DNA of 64,000 nt from Eledone cirrhosa (taxonomy: Eukaryota). This document shows, piece after piece, positions 12,545 to 25,690 of this stretch; position 1 is the stretch's first letter, and every line of letters begins with the position of its first letter. A program made the translations under genes and the position numbers. The notes beneath the pieces are model-generated. The model did no database searches. It was not told where the DNA came from and was given only the letters and a program-made list of their open reading frames with translations. Location: positions 51,522,001 to 51,586,000 of the forward strand of contig OZ024748.1 in NCBI GenBank assembly GCA_964016885.1, in the 5' to 3' direction.

Positions 12545-12710
12545 AGGAAGAATCGACCCCAGTATTAGACTGGTACTTTTTTTATCGACCTCGAAATGAT
12601 GAAAGGCAAAGTTGACCTCAGCGGGATTTGAACTCAGAGAACAGAAAGTCGGAATGAATACCATAAAGTATTCTATCTGACATTCTAACGACTCTGCCAA
12701 TTCACTGCCT
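12545..12710 (-). mobile_element. SINE family A (older variant)
   Basis: Family body and B-box on the minus strand; a 3' fragment also lies at 11979-12050 (+). Confidence 0.8.
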
Positions 12711-12828
12711 ATATATATATATTTATATATATATTTGTTTCGCAAGGTTTTGATATCAAATCGTGCGTCAAAACAAATATTGTTATATTTGGGCGTAGAC
12801 ATACTATTCAGCAGGAGGAAAGATAATA

Positions 12829-12875
12829 GTACCACTGATGATGTTGCAGATGTGCAACGAAAGAACTTTGATAGA
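12829..12875 (+). ncRNA. Candidate minimal type I hammerhead ribozyme (Penelope-like terminal repeat)
   Basis: TACCA CTGATGA T GTTGCA-GATG-TGCAAC GAAA GAACT T TGATA: intact core, perfect 6-bp stem II, near-palindromic stem III and 4/5-bp stem I. Confidence 0.7.
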
Positions 12876-13558
12876 CTATACATGTATATTTATATCTGGT
12901 TTTTTAACTGTTGTTCAATCAATGATAAAGATTGATTGCCAAATAAATTAACTATGGAGATATAAAAGATACAGAAGCTAAAACCAACCAGACAGTGAGT
13001 GTGTTCTGTTATTATTTCTGGCAATATTACAACAATATGACCCTCCCCAAGTATAACAATATATATGTATTCATTTATGTAAAAATTACAAATGAAAGAA
13101 AATATGTTTATGTAAAATAAAACATGCAGACCTCAGTCCTTTGAAGATCCTTGTAGTTGGCTTTTAGTTTAAACATATCTTTCATATCCCTAATGTCAGT
13201 GGATGTGTGACAGGATTATGTATGTTTCTATGTATGTGTTAAGCTACCTAATAGTATTTTGTCTCCCCCGAATCAATATATTTGCTTATATTCCCTTGAC
13301 ATTTCTTTCAGTATTCATTTACATTCTAAACCTATACTAGTCATACATTGCAGGTTGCTTGGGGTTTTGTATGAGTTTTTGTTTTTTGTTTTTTGTTGTT
13401 GTAATTCTGCCCTTGGTTAAATAAATACATAACACAACCTCATTGCATGCAAAAATTGTAAATATTTGAGTATATATATATATGTATATATATATATATG
13501 TATGTAAGTATATGTTCTGAGTGCTTACATGTAGGCATGTATGTATGTATGTGAGTGG

Positions 13559-13605
<47 letters not shown>

Positions 13606-15019
13606 AGTATATGGCATAAATAGATGGCATAAAATATGGCATAAATATATATATATATATGGGAATAAATATGTATCTATAAATATCATATACATACGTA
13701 AGGATGTACGTATATATAAATGAGATATGCATGCATAATTACATAAATTCATATACTATGAATGTATATAAGTGATAAATGCATATACAGTTATATACAC
13801 AGAGAGTTTTCTCTATGACTTTCAATATTCACCTATGCTACAGTGTCTACTTCTGTGTCTCTCTAACTGCATATCTTTGTCCATTCCTATTTTCAAAGAT
13901 CGGTGTGCTTCTTATCCTAATTCTGCCTAGCATCACACACACACGCACCTTGCATCCCCTCAAATAATATCTCCCACAATTAAAAATTGTCTCCCACAAT
14001 TAAGTTAAAACTCTCTATGGTGATATAACTCAACAGAGACTATCAAAGACTCCCTATATCTAGGCAAAGCCTTCCCAGAAATATTTGCAGCCTGAAGAGT
14101 CAAAAGATGAAGCTGACATTTATATGGATGTATACAGATCTGTATGAGCAAGATATGGTCTTCACACCTGGTTTGTCTCATAACATGACAACTCATCTAA
14201 CCAGTGAATGCGTGGAAAAATAGACATTAAATCTGATGATGACATCCGCTCTCTCTTTCTCACACTCATATAATGTAGCAAAATGTTGAAAATACATTAT
14301 TTATAATCATGTCTGAGTGTGTGTGTGTGTGTGTATATAATTATGCTCTACATGTATGTATATAATTGATTCTTTCTATATATATATTGCACAAATGTAC
14401 ATGTGTATAGTTCATGCTATAAATATTCTTAAATCTCAATTGCACGGATGTGTGTGCATACCCACACATACACACAGTCATGTATATATAGTTAACATTC
14501 CTATAATGCTTCTCTCTATGTACATTATACATCATATGCATTATTATGCTCATAAATGTTCATGTATCACATCTGTTTATATGCATTTTCTTTTGTATTC
14601 TATAATACTTTTAGTTTGTTTTATTTCAGGATTTACATTTTTATTTTGTGGATATTATTTTCAATGGCGTGGAAGTGGAGGGTACATTCATGCTGGATTA
14701 TATAATATGATTTTTTTTATATGTATTCGATTAAAAATTATGCACGAATTGACATTGTACTAAGTGCAAATAGATAATTTGACTACTGCACTCTCAAATA
14801 TTTAGTTTTACTGCTAGACTAAAAAGTTTATGCTAATGTAAATTTTCTATTGTTTAAAATTCAGAAAAAATCTCTCGATAAATTCTCAGCATTTCTGTTG
14901 ACAAATTACAATGTCGATGTATCGATGGCAGAAGCAAACTTAACTGAATTGTAACCAGTCTTTTGTAGTGAAGATTATTTTATTGGCTCCAAAGAAATGA
15001 AGGGCATTATGAAATAATT

Positions 15020-15902
15020 TATGTTTTGAATTCCTGCAGAGGTTAGCCTTGCCTTTCATCTTTTATACCATATTACATTAATATAAACAGTCACTATTTT
15101 CATGATATGTCTGCATCATTCTAATGGACACAAATGTTGCTGGTACTAAGTTGTTTTGTTTTTTTTTCTGTTAATTATATTGAGAAAGTAAAGTACCAGT
15201 AATGCATTGGAATTGATTTGACCGATCTTACCCTCCCCCAGAATTGTTGGCGTTGTGCCTAAATCAGAAACCTTTATTATCATTATGATTGATGGATTGG
15301 CAGTATCAGTAGAGGGTCGGATGTCATGCTTTGATGCATAGAGTTACGGCCCTTGCCATTCTGAGTTCAAATCACGCTGAGGTTAACTTTGCCTTTTATC
15401 CTTACGGGATCAATAAAATAAAGTAACAGTAATACACTGGGTAATTGCTGGCCTTGTGCCAAAAATAGAAACAATTATTATTATTATTGGGTGGTGAATT
15501 GGCAGAATCGGTAGAGCGTCGGACACTATGCTTTATGGTATATAGTTTCATCGCTTTACATTTTGAGTTCAAATCCTGCCAGGGTTAGCTTTGCCTTTTA
15601 TCCTTACAGGGTCGATAAAGTAAAGTACCAGAAATTCACTGATTTTGATTTGATAGACTTCACCTTCCCCCAGAAATTTTGGCTTTGGGCCTAAATCAGA
15701 AACCATTATTATTACTCAGCATCATCGGTAGAGCATCAGACACCATGCTTAGCAGCATAGAGTTATGGCCTTTTAAGTTCTGAGTTAAAATCCCGCCAAG
15801 GTTTGCTTTGCCTTTCATTCTAACGGGCTCGATAAAATAAAGTACCAGTAATGCACTGGGATAATTACTGGCCTTGTGCCAAAAGTAGAAGCAATTATTA
15901 TT
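15020..15902 (+). mobile_element. Head-to-tail array of four SINE family A copies (first one split by a 120-bp insertion)
   Basis: Copies at ~15020-15280, 15290-15480, 15490-15712 and 15720-15902, each starting in the (TTA)n tail of the previous one. Confidence 0.9.
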
Positions 15903-16634
15903 ATTGGCAGTGGAGTTGTTTGGATCTTAACATATGGAAGTTTGGTTAGTTATAGAATAGCAAGGAGTGTGTTATTTAGTATTTGTTACATAATAGGAGA
16001 AATATGTCACTATATCTACAGTTTATGCCCAATGTATATGTTAATAAGTCCTTAATATGAAGAAATTTAAAAGTTAAGCTCTGGAGACACACACATATAT
16101 TTATACATGCACACACATATATATATATATATACATACACACAAACACACATACACTCCCACACACACACATATATATATATATATGTTACTAATGGAAT
16201 TTTTAAAGTTATTTTCAGAGCACTACTGAACTAGTGAGGTTTTGTAAAATGACCTTTGTAATTTTAGCAAGTGTGAATATATTTAATATAATATTGTCTG
16301 AATCATTCTAAGAATGTAACTCATTGATGTTTGGCTACTGATGCTGGCTAACAAGCAAAGAATTACACATATCTATTCTAAAGTTAATCAAATAATAAAT
16401 AAAGATTTCGTAATAAGGCAGAGACAAGATTCTATGAATGCTTGTTATTTTCCTAAGATAGAGTTTGTAACTGCAACATATATTATTGATATAATAATTG
16501 AAATTCAGTGCAAAACTAGATGGATATCTAAATATATTGTCATATTAACAGAATGAAGAACTTTACTAGAGCTAATAAAAATATGGTAATAATTGAAGTA
16601 GATTTTGCAACATTTTCTGTAGTGTATATATATA

Positions 16635-17282
16635 TAATTGTTTCTACTTTTGGCACAAGGCCAGCAATTATCCTGGTACATTACTGGTACTTTATTTTAT
16701 CGACTCTGTAAGGATGAAAGGTAAAGTCAACCTCGGCAGGATTTGAACTCAGATCGTAAAGGGACGAAACTATGCTGGAAAGCATGGCGCCCGACCCTCT
16801 ACCGATACTATATATATAATTCATATAATACATGGCTTAGTGGTTAGAGCATTGGCCTTGCAATCGAAAGGTTGTGAGTTCAATTCTCAGACCGGGTGAT
16901 GTGTTGTTTCCTTGAGCAAGACACTTTATTTCACATTGCTCCAGTTTACTCAGCTGTAGAAATGAGATGATAGGACTGGGGTCCCTATCATTTCACAGCA
17001 ATTCTATGACTCAACCAGGGTTTATGGGTCCATACATATATTATAAGCGTTTAGAGAGGAGCGATAGATAGGAAAAATCGTCAGATTGTCAAATAAAATG
17101 ATTTGTGGCATTTGTTCTCGATATTTGCATTCTAAGTTAAAATTTTGCCAAGGTCAACTTTGCTTTCCATTCATCTGAGATTGATAAAGTACCAGTCAAT
17201 ATGATCGAATTGGGGTCAATATAATCAACTTTTTCTTTCTCTCAAAATTGCTGGCCTTGTGCCTAAATTAGAAATCCTTATT
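16635..17282. mobile_element. SINE A (16635-16810, -), CORE-SINE B 5' part (16833-17000, +), old SINE A (17050-17282, +)
   Basis: SINE B shows TGGCTTAGTGG (A-box), GAGTTCAATTC (B-box) and CCTTGAGCAAGACACTTT..CAGCTGTAGAAATG (CORE-like). Confidence 0.85.
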
Positions 17283-18379
17283 AGTGTTTAAACAGAGAAT
17301 TCAGTAAACAGAAGAGACCACCAATGTAATGAAGGAAACATGACAGTAAGGAAAATTTTAATTCAAAGTTCAGGAATAAAGGCAGTGTATGAGAGGTTAG
17401 GGTAATGATGATGATGAATTTGTTATATTAAGTATATTCTGGAACAGTAAAGTACAAAACAGCAAAATTAGTCCTTTAAGGCAAACAGAAAAACTACAGA
17501 ATCATATGTCAGTAGATAAGAATATGACACATAATTAACAGAAAAAAAAAAATAGTACCAGCAACATTTGTGTCTATTAGAATGATGCACACATATCATG
17601 AAAATTGTGACTGCTTATATCAAAGTAAGTGATATAAAGATATGAGATATTTAATTGCCATTTGGTTCTTATAACCTAATGCTGTCAATTAAGATAAGGG
17701 GATTTAATCTGAATCGATAGCAACTTCAGAATGGGGCTGGAAAATATCAGGTCAGCTTTAATTTAAAGCTAGCAACATGCACAAGGAACTTTAGCTGAAA
17801 GCTGGCAGCTATTATAAGGAGCTTTCCGTGAAATTTTCAACTAACATAATGGTTTAAAGAAGTGAGAAGGACAAATACCATAAATTCTTTAGTTTAATTT
17901 TTTTAAATACAAAAGTTGTAACCTTAACCTAGAAACTGCTTTGAGGATAAAATATAAAGAAAATTACAACAAAATACTGCCTGAATGTTGACATTCATTC
18001 GTATCATGGAAAAATCTAACGGATTAAAGAGAAATTTTCCTCTTCTTATTGGAAAATTCCTTTGAAATACTTAATGAAAGAAATGTGGAATCTCTGAATT
18101 TTCAAAGTTATAATCATCTTATTGATTAGTGTATTGTTAATCAATATAAAATCTATACTAAATGATTCTTTAAGCAGTATTTATATCATTCTATGAAAAC
18201 ATGGGATTGAATAAATATATAGCAAAATGCATATTGATGTATGTATATGAATATATGTGAAGGAATGAATGAATACACACAAAAGACACACACATATACA
18301 CAAATACACATGTGTGTATTTGTGTATATCTGTATCTGTTTCTATGTGTACATGTGTGAATATTAAAAATCAAAGTAAA

Positions 18380-18442
<63 letters not shown>

Positions 18443-18832
18443 TATATATATATACACATACACACATATATATATATATATATAGACATACACACACATA
18501 TATATAAATATATATATGAAAATTATAAATGCGTTCGTGTGTTCGTGTGTTCATATATGTGTAATTGTCTAAATGTATAATCAAACAAGCTTATGTTTTT
18601 GATGGTACATAGTCTGCCTGGCTGAATATGCGTCACAGAATTTAAGAAGAATCAAACTTTACAGATATTGATGAAACATTTAACAAAAAAAAATATTCTA
18701 ATTAATTCATTAATGTAGTTATTATATTTAGATAGTTTTATTTTCATCAAATTGGATAAAGTTGCTTAATTTTGCCTTGTCTTCTATCCACCACAAGCTT
18801 CTCTGTTTTTATTCATTTTCTATGAAGCTTGG

Positions 18833-18833
18833 T

Positions 18834-18881
<48 letters not shown>

Positions 18882-19456
18882 TAATTCCTTTTGTTTTTGT
18901 TGCTGTTTCTGCTGCTGTTGTTGTGAAACTTGTTTCCTAACTGCATCACTGTATCTTGTTGTTGTTGTTGTAGCTGTTGTTGCTGATCTGGTTTTCATTG
19001 TTTTGTATTAATTTATTGTTGCTGTTGTTGTTGTTGTTGTTGTTGTTGATCTGGTTTTCATTATTTTGTATTAATTTATTGTTGCTGTTGTTGTTGTTGT
19101 TGTTGATAGTGATGGTGTTTGTTTTTGTTATAACTAGTTCCTCACACTCTCACTGGATCTCACTGTAGCCATTACTACTATAACTATTGTTGCTGTTGTT
19201 GTTATTATTGTTGTGTTTTAATTAGTTTTTTGGGAGGTTATTGTAGCTTGTTTCCTGACTATATTAGTTATTATGACTGAGGCAGCTAGTTCATTGTTGT
19301 TGTTGTAAACTAGTTTCCACACTTCAATTCTATTTATTTTTGTTGTTGTTGTCCTTATTGTTATTTCCTTCTTGCTGCTGCTGTTGCTGCTGCTCTTGCT
19401 GCTGCTGTTGCTGCTGCTCTTGCTGCTGCTCTTGCTGCTGCTCTTGCTGCTGCTCC
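18833..19456. repeat. Compound trinucleotide low-complexity tract (TAG)n/(TTG)n/(CTG)n
   Basis: Direct inspection; includes a ~60-bp tandem duplication at 18985-19105. Confidence 0.9.
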
Positions 19457-20037
19457 GATGGTAACTTTTATTTCACAATATGAAAAATCATAATTTAACG
19501 ACAATGGAATTAATGAGCTACATTGTCACTCATTATTGCTATTAACAGTGGCTATTATACGTCAGACAGAGTGAAATAACTGAGATAGAGGCAATAGTGA
19601 AAGTGAAAGCACGATTCTATCAGTATCATCTATTCTTGAACCGAGATTGCTTAATGCCAACTTTCCAAAACATGGCAAAAATGAGAAAACCTTATTTCAA
19701 TTAAAACAAAAGTTCATGTACAAGAAAACAAAGAAAATTATATGATAAAATAAATAGTAAAATATATCTAAAAAACAAAACAAAACAAAACAAATTATAG
19801 GCAGTGTGGTTTTGGTGGTGTTGTTGTTGTTGTTTAAGGGCTACATAGAATTACATTCTCCTATGTGTCATGTCCATATCTAGTATGATTGTTGTTGCTA
19901 TTGTTCTGAGTTCAAATCCGACTGAGGTTAGCTTTGCCTTTCATCCTGAAGGGGTTGATAAAATAAAAGTGCTAGTAATGCACTGGGTCTATTTAATTAA
20001 CATTCACCTCCCCCAAAATTGTTGGCCTTCTGCTTAA

Positions 20038-20426
20038 TACTTTAGCATATAAACTGGCCATATCCAGCAAGAATTGTCTCACCTCTTTCTGTTCAAACTG
20101 GCCATAACTGGCTGCTCATCCGACATTAAGGTATTGTTCTCAAAATAAATAATATCAAAATCTCATAGATTCGATATTATGTGAGGTAATGCTTTTACCA
20201 TGAAAATACTATAGTAAATATAGAATAATTGTTTCTACTTTTGACACAAGACCAGCAATTACCCCAGTGTATTACTGGTATTACTGGTACTTTATTTTAT
20301 CGACCCACGTAAGGATGAAAAACAAAGTTAACCTCGGCGGAATTTGAACTCAGATCACGAAGGGCTGTAATTATGCTGCAAAGCATGGCATCCGACCCTC
20401 TACCGATGCTGGTAAATATTAAAGGG
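20038..20426 (+). mobile_element. piggyBac-type MITE copy with nested SINE A (20223-20410, -)
   Basis: MITE body 20038-20223, SINE in reverse, then the right terminus AAAGGG|TTAA. Confidence 0.8.
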
Positions 20427-20539
20427 TTAAACCAGAAGCCATTATTCTTTAACCCTAGGTCTGCATTTATTGGTTAGACCTTATGATCAGACGTTTTCCT
20501 GCATGATTGTTCTGTTATTGTATATATCAAGCACAAGTG

Positions 20540-20820
20540 ATGGCACACAGCTTAATAGCTAAGGGTTTTTACCTCATGATCATAAGCTTGTGAGATCGAT
20601 TCCTAGTGGTGTGTTATTATCTTGAGCAAGACACTTTATTTCACATTGCTCTTATTTACTCAGTTGGTGAAAATAAGTTGTACATGCAATTCAAAGCCCC
20701 AGCCTTGACAAACACTGTATCATGGTGAATCTCCCCAAGAACTACATTATAGATACTCAGCCACTTGCACCTTAATTACCCAAGCAGGCTGCCCTATCAT
20801 TCAAACAATTCGATCATTTA
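20540..20820 (+). mobile_element. CORE-type SINE B, tail variant 3
   Basis: Head, CTTGAGCAAGACACTTTATTTCACATTGCTC, and tail AATTCAAAG..CCAGCC..GAACTACATT..CAGCCACTTG shared with 60940-61230 (-). Confidence 0.7.
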
Positions 20821-21084
20821 TGAGTATGAGAGGGTGTGGTATATTATATGGTTTTGTGTGTAACTAAATAAAACTTATGTTTTCCTGACTGAGTGATATA
20901 TATATATAGCATATTTCATAACTGCTTTTATACGTATATGCATATATAACATTATTATGAGAAATTCTCTCTCTCAAAGTGTGTGTATATGTGTGTGTAT
21001 ATATATATATATATATATTATCTTATCTATATATATATATATATATACATATTATCTTATATATATATATATATATATAGATAT

Positions 21085-21232
21085 ATAATCTTATTTCTCA
21101 TTCTTTCTTCTTATGAAGGACTAGCATCCGAAACGTTAAGACCTTCTTCCTGCTATTTCAAGCATTAACCTAATATATTCCTTCCATATACATTGTCGAT
21201 CGTGTTGTTATTTCTGTTTACATTTTACATAT
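21085..21232 (+). mobile_element. Penelope-like non-coding terminal repeat with hammerhead motif (21106-21141) inside (TA)n
   Basis: TCTT C[T]TATGA A GGA-CTAGCA-TCC GAA ACGT T AAGA; one core substitution (G5 to T); homologous to 36945-37130. Confidence 0.7.
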
Positions 21233-21251
21233 ATATATATATATATATATA

Positions 21252-21408
21252 CATAACGAAGGAGGTGTGGTAAGGAACCAGATGGACCATAACGCACCAG
21301 AGTACTCAATACTTAGGGTAGTAGAGTGGGTAAAAGTTTAACCTCAACGGCAGAGCTCAAGCCGTTTCGACGGCTTGAGCTCTGCCGTCGGGGTTAAACC
21401 TTTTCCTA
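21252..21408 (-). mobile_element. (TA)n-embedded element with terminal fold-back hairpin (family shared with 32872-33148, 38295-38435, 52335-52435, 7480-7620)
   Basis: ~34-bp inverted arms around GCCGT-TTCG-ACGGC (21361-21374); shared CTCTACTA..AAGTATTGAGTACTCTG motif. Confidence 0.8.
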
Positions 21409-21514
21409 TATATATATACATATATTTATATATATAAAAGGTAAAAATTGTAGTTGCCTTCAAGTTAACACTGCCACTGTATGTTCAGAGTTTTTACATA
21501 TACCATATAATTTC

Positions 21515-21560
<46 letters not shown>

Positions 21561-21567
21561 CATGCAT

Positions 21568-21602
<35 letters not shown>

Positions 21603-22994
21603 GAGAGTTATATGTACACTTGTGTCTATGTTAGCAAATATTACGTTGTGTATTGGAGTTATGCATCTTAAATGATTGTTTTTCTAGGTATCAAACTGGA
21701 TATAATTGTCTGTGTGTGATTATGTATGTGTATGTGTGTTTGTGGATGTGTGTGGTGACTGTATATGTGTGTGTGACTGTGTATATGTGTATGTGTTTGT
21801 GTGTGGTCTGGATCACAAAGAGACATGACACATTTTACCCAGGTCATCAGATAGAGAATCAGGGAGGTGGAAAGAAGGAAAGAAAAGAGTAGTGAGAAAA
21901 AAGAGAGAGAGAGGGGAGGAGAATGTGAGTGGGAGGAGAATGTGAATGAGAAAGACCATTACGTAAGAACTGTCACAGTAAATTGCTGGTAATAAAAACA
22001 AGAAAATTATCATGAAATTGGTATATATTTGCAGAACTCTTGACAACTCTATACTTTTCTGGAGTTTAAACATAACCTTAGGTTATTTTCAAGCAACAAC
22101 AACAGCAACAACAATATCATCATTATCATTGTGGATAAAAACAAAAGCAATAAGAATAACAACATCAATAAAACAAAATTCATTACAAGAATAAAAAGAT
22201 ATACTTAAATATGTAAAAAAACAAGACAACAAACATCATAATAAAACAATGGCAACAGTAACTGTTAAGATTGCCAGAGGAATCAGTGGTCAAAGTTATA
22301 CTTATCGAAGATAAAATGGAAAAGTTATGCAATAGAAGGGGAAAAACTCTATTAAACCAATAATGTACATGTGTGATATGTGTGTGCAAGTGTATATGGG
22401 TGAAGTTGTTGTATGTCTTGCTTGTGTGCATTTTTGTGTATACAAACACATATAATCTTCACCTTTTCTTTCACTCTCCTTTTCACCTAAATGAGTACAT
22501 GTTTTGAATAAACCTTGTTTTGAAACCATTGACTGTAAGACCTCTGTAGTACTACACAGGTCCAGAGACAGGAGAAACTCCATCTCCCTGACCAGGGAGT
22601 TCCTCCAGTAGTTTTAAGTTGAGCATTTTTGACATGGCAAATTCTTATTCCTCTGAATCTTGCAGCTGTTGTCACTGCATCAGCAAGAAACTACATATAT
22701 TGTGGTACCATTGATGTCCCTTTATAAGAGATCTGACCTAACATTCTACTGCCATACTTGGGCTCTCTACTGCTAATTTTCAAGCCATTACCTATTAAAC
22801 ATATTCTATAAGCCTTATCCCACACATGCCAAATTAAGTATTATTATAAGCATTAACAAACATATAATAGAGCATTCTTTAACACAAAAACTGAACTGCA
22901 ATCCCATTACTTCCAATAATGTTAATTGTAAATCATAAACTATAATACTACTCCATACACTTTCACCTTTACTCTAACTTCACTGCTGATTTGA

Positions 22995-23407
22995 TAATGG
23001 TTTTTGATTTAGGCACAAGGCCAAACATTTGAGGGGATGGGAAAGTCGATTAAATCAACCCCAGTTTGTTACTGGTACTTTATTTTATCGACCCTGTAAG
23101 GTGGCAAAGCTAAACTTGGCAGGATTTGAGCTCTGAATGTTAGGATTTTACAGAATAAATGTATCAGCTTTTCTGGCCACAGACAGAAAGAGGTTGAGGT
23201 TTCTCCACAGAGTTTACTTTTTCACAGCAAAGCTAAATGTGTATTTGCTAAACACTCATACTGTTGAGTTTACCTTGTTAACTTGTATATCATATATGAA
23301 AGTATTTATTTCTATTATTGCATGAGAATTGATAGAATTTGAAACTCAGATTCACAGTGTGAGTATTTTCAGTTTAAAGTGAATAAAATTATATGTGTAT
23401 GTGTGTG

Positions 23408-23445
<38 letters not shown>

Positions 23446-25690
23446 AATATATATATGTGTGTGTATATATATATATTATTTGGCCAAAGTCAAATTTACA
23501 TCAACAAATATAATCTATTATATATAACTATATAGAAAAATAAATTTAAAAAAACAGCACACATGTAAAAACAAACAACTATAGTGTAAATCTGATTAAA
23601 AGAAAATCTTACTTGGTCTCTTCACATCAAAAACAAAAGTTACATTTATGTGCTCTTGTATGTCTATGTAAATGTGTATGTGTGTGATTGAATGTGTGTT
23701 TGTATATGTATCTGTTTACTTAAAAAACAAAAGGTTTATTTATAAATCACTTCTCTAAACAAAAGCTTATTAGTTTTTAGTATTTCTTTATGAAATATGA
23801 TTTAATCATTTTGGCAGAGTCTATAGAAAGCTAGACAACATAGCTTATGTTTATTTAGCTGCATTCCTTCATTTTACGAAAAAAAAAATTTTTTTTACTG
23901 AGAAAGGAGCCCCACGATGTGGAGTGGCTGTTGCAGCAGGTGTAGCTGGCCATTGTCTGTGGGAGATTTTTTGCAGTCCTGTCCACAGGGTCCAGGCCCA
24001 TTAACACTGCACCCTAGGCCCAGAGCCTATCACCCCCCCCTCCCCATTCTTCTGTGACACTGGCTTTCCCTTCCTTTTCTGTATTCTTTTAATATTTTCT
24101 TATTTTACATTCCATTCATTCTTCTCAATCTAATTTCTTTTCTTTTCCTATTAACTTGCACAGTTGAAATTTAATTTCACAAACGATATTCTCTCTAATA
24201 CCAGTTAAATAATTGTTTCTACTTTTGGCACAAGGCCAGCAATTACCCAGTGCATTACTGGTACTTTATTTTATCAACCCTGTCAGGAGAAAGGCAAAGT
24301 GAACCTCAGCGGGATTTGAACTCAGACTGTAAAGGGACGTAACTATACTGGAAAGCATGGCGTCCAACTCTCTACCGATACTGCCAATCCACCGGGGGTG
24401 AATCAGTCAACTGTAACCATCACAGCAAATTAAAAGGTTTGTTAGAATATAGACAGAAAGTCTTATAGTTAGTGTCCACGCTCTCTGTGTTCTGAGTTCA
24501 AATCCTGCCAAATTCAATCTTGCTGACAAGATGGTATCATATAAAATACACTCAAAAGAAGGCAATGTGGAACCTTCTTTATATTCTTTCATGAATATTC
24601 TTTTAAAAATAAATAAAAAAAACAACATAGTGCTTCTTAAGTATGACACCAAGGGTTTGGGCTCATTTAAGGACTTTATGGCACAAATTCTTCTCACACC
24701 AGGTTAGCAAGTACAGCAGATTATGTACTCTGTTGATCCATCTGAACACTGATCACAGACTCTTTCAGCTGATCTGTTCAGATTTGGCATCCCTACATTC
24801 TCACTATCCATGGAGTTGCTGTTCCTGATGTCTCATGCTTGAATGCATCCATCCATAACTAAATATCTCTAGAGTTTCTTTTACTTCTTTGTCCACTTAT
24901 TCGTAAGAGGGTTGTGGAGGCAGAGTCATCAAACACTCTGTCAGAAGTAATCCTTTCCAATTGATCCAGCTAGATCGTCAAATGAAATCAGCCAAGCTCA
25001 TGGATGCTACACAACCATCTTGCTCAGAGTCTACTCTTGGGTCTCCTGTTGGTTGTTTCTGCCCATGAAATATATCCAGCAAATCTTTTCTCTAATATTC
25101 TAATCATCAAGTTCCAATGGATATTTTTTGCTCCCTTCGAAACCGTCTTTGGAATCTCAGGATACACTTTCATAATTTCAGAATCAGTAAAATAAATTTC
25201 CAGCCAACTAATTCCTGCCCCCAAAATTTATAGTCATGTGTTTTTTGTTAGAAATCATTATCCTCATTTAACAACTGCTTTTCCATACGTGCATAATTTG
25301 GACAGATCTTTTCATTTCAATCTGATTTTCATACAATATATCCTCCTTTTTATTTAACCTCATTTATCCAACCACACATGTTTATAAGGTCTATATGTTC
25401 TAGTCCTAATAAAGAAATGAAAATAAAATACCAGTAATACACTGGGATAATTGCTGGCCTTGTGCCAAAATAGAAACAAATATTATTATTATTAGTAGTA
25501 GTGGATTGGCAGTATCGGTAGAGGGTCTGACGCCATGCTTTGCAGCAAAGTGCTACGGCCCTTTATGATCTGAGTTCAAATCCCGCCGAGGTTAACTTTG
25601 CCTTTCATCCTTACGGGGTCGATAAAATAAAGTACCAGTAATGTACTGGGTAATTTGCTGGCCTTGTGCCAAAAGTAGAAACACATATTA
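22995..25690. mobile_element. Dispersed SINE A copies (22995-23140 -, 24208-24394 -, 25420-25485 +, 25500-25690 +)
   Basis: Family body and tail recognisable at each listed position; the intervening sequence is not part of the call. Confidence 0.8.
24880..25105 (-). mobile_element. REX3/Expander-like RTE 3' fragment
   Basis: Reverse-complement homolog of 900-1162 and 49810-50070. Confidence 0.72.

Noticed and set aside
19370-19456. Poly-Q (EQQQ)n exon on the minus strand
   Set aside because: Part of a compound trinucleotide tract; no flanking complex coding sequence or clear splice sites.
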